Assembly: GCA_964013405.1 (NCBI GenBank)
Contig: CAXGWI010000071.1
Coordinates: 1 to 16,931, forward strand
Origin: an uncultured Myxococcales bacterium
Lineage (GTDB): Bacteria > Myxococcota > UBA4151
Length of the DNA: 16,931 nucleotides
Direction: 5' to 3'
The notes under the pieces are model-generated. The model was not told the origin of the DNA. It ran no database searches and was given only the letters and a program-made list of their open reading frames with translations. Shown here one piece after another: positions 16,801 through 16,931 of the stretch. Position 1 is the stretch's first letter. The number at the start of each line of letters is the position of its first letter. The position numbers and the translations under genes were made by a program.

Positions 16801-16931
16801 GGCATCCAAATTGTCATTGTTGCCATCGTCGCAGGCCTCGACCCCAACCCGCACGATGCCGTCCCCGCAGCGAGCCGGGAGGCAGGCGTTCGTGCAGGCA
16901 TCGAAGGCTTCATCGTTGCCATCGTCGCAGC
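13900..16931 (-). CDS. Large Cys-rich (DUF4215-like) repeat protein with C-terminal RCC1-like beta-propeller repeats; 5' end outside window
   Basis: The frame stays open past the track start to the window edge (CDDGNDEAFDACTNACLPARCGDGIVRVG...). CGDG/EACDDG repeats run to about 16125, followed by repeated TCAL..G.V.CWGSN..G.LG units. Confidence 0.92.
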   Translation of the reverse strand, partial: CDDGNDEAFDACTNACLPARCGDGIVRVGVEACDDGNNDNLDACTTNCELSYCGDGMRREDRSEGEPGYEACDDGDRRDDNSCTASCQLNVCGDGLHWLLEEACDDGNDVQTDDCLNNCQIARCGDGVMRLDRVRGEEGFEACDDGNLIDDGDGCSNSCERSDCGDGVIFEGSFPEDPRREECDDGNDVEDDGCRNNCVEARCGDGILRRDLTVGEPGFESCDDGDVDDLNACNNACEGTMCGDGAINRNESCDDGNRLDGDDCPAGCGAGIIQLESHRYGTCALLERGWVYCWGSNRNGALGFPIPAEPRADRSDIIRATRLPEIDNATKLVNSGSERLCALLRDGGVQCWGNNVPNGALGLGLDPAFFRSSQPARVLGADRQPLTDLIDLDCGINGCCAARSGGDLICWGIDSNRLAQESRGFTQATAVAVGDYHRCVLMGEAGEVACSGDNLHGQLGQGTTENSEEPVLVPGMTGMRSLYAFGDNTCAINGEDELWCWGEGDRTPEARPGQRAWWGDSPGDLWGARARDGDRLVTSEDLGCEESSHCLSPVHLAAYGAVGQLRNESSFWPMQEVTYLRQVETGAWLRLPYGDVLDVEHVTSAVRSATHGHLRCELDDANVVRCYSSDGRNSGLEGAGRPKVHVEPTLMANIPPIRSFQGSTYSGTNCVIDREGRVHCWGSNSTFGRFADPDFLDPYTDHIHAVPTLDDVHKLRFLYYSGCGLHGEGLLSCWGTHANFMGLGGESLTRVPQVIPLAYVHDFDTTQTTGWGSNPVLCVISGEQRQVFCAGANAEAQLGNGVPVDYFQYFEQVPGLDDVQQIAVGGYAACALDGEGQISCWGTSTNLFWQRGEGSQRVDQPSALAGLDGIARFSLTGGSPHRFQAVRNDGRVINFGYAIAENSVEPLRVPTHVIDGCGNGALDCVLTQSNEVWCWGSNSYGERGLQAEPGVLGPMPGAPAEISKLFCATQTTCALHGEGSLSCWGRNLEPLAPGAEPNRVVGLEDRWLP

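Overview
GC-rich (roughly 60% by eye), gene-dense bacterial window. Myxococcus-type Cys-rich repeat proteins suggest Myxococcota or a relative (inference). I support 12 CDSs, two of which run off the window edges. The main result is a long minus-strand CDS (<1..2598, at least 866 aa) that the ORF track misses because its stop lies outside the window. Translated by hand, it fuses an indoleamine 2,3-dioxygenase (IDO)-like heme domain, a P450-reductase/FNR-type FAD/NAD(P)H module without an FMN domain, and the start of a cytochrome b5-like domain. It looks like a self-reducing heme oxygenase with altered substrate-binding residues. The window also has two Cys-rich stalk surface proteins with different heads (DUF1554/endostatin-like; about 14 RCC1-like blades), a multi-pass membrane protein, a mosaic secreted protein with a K/R-rich linker, a deacetylase-like protein, an orphan YidD-like gene with a partner, YaeQ, a PHA-system protein, a small OM beta-barrel and a DUF5684 protein. 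I saw no RNA genes, CRISPR array or mobile element. All family calls come from motif recognition by eye, not from searches.
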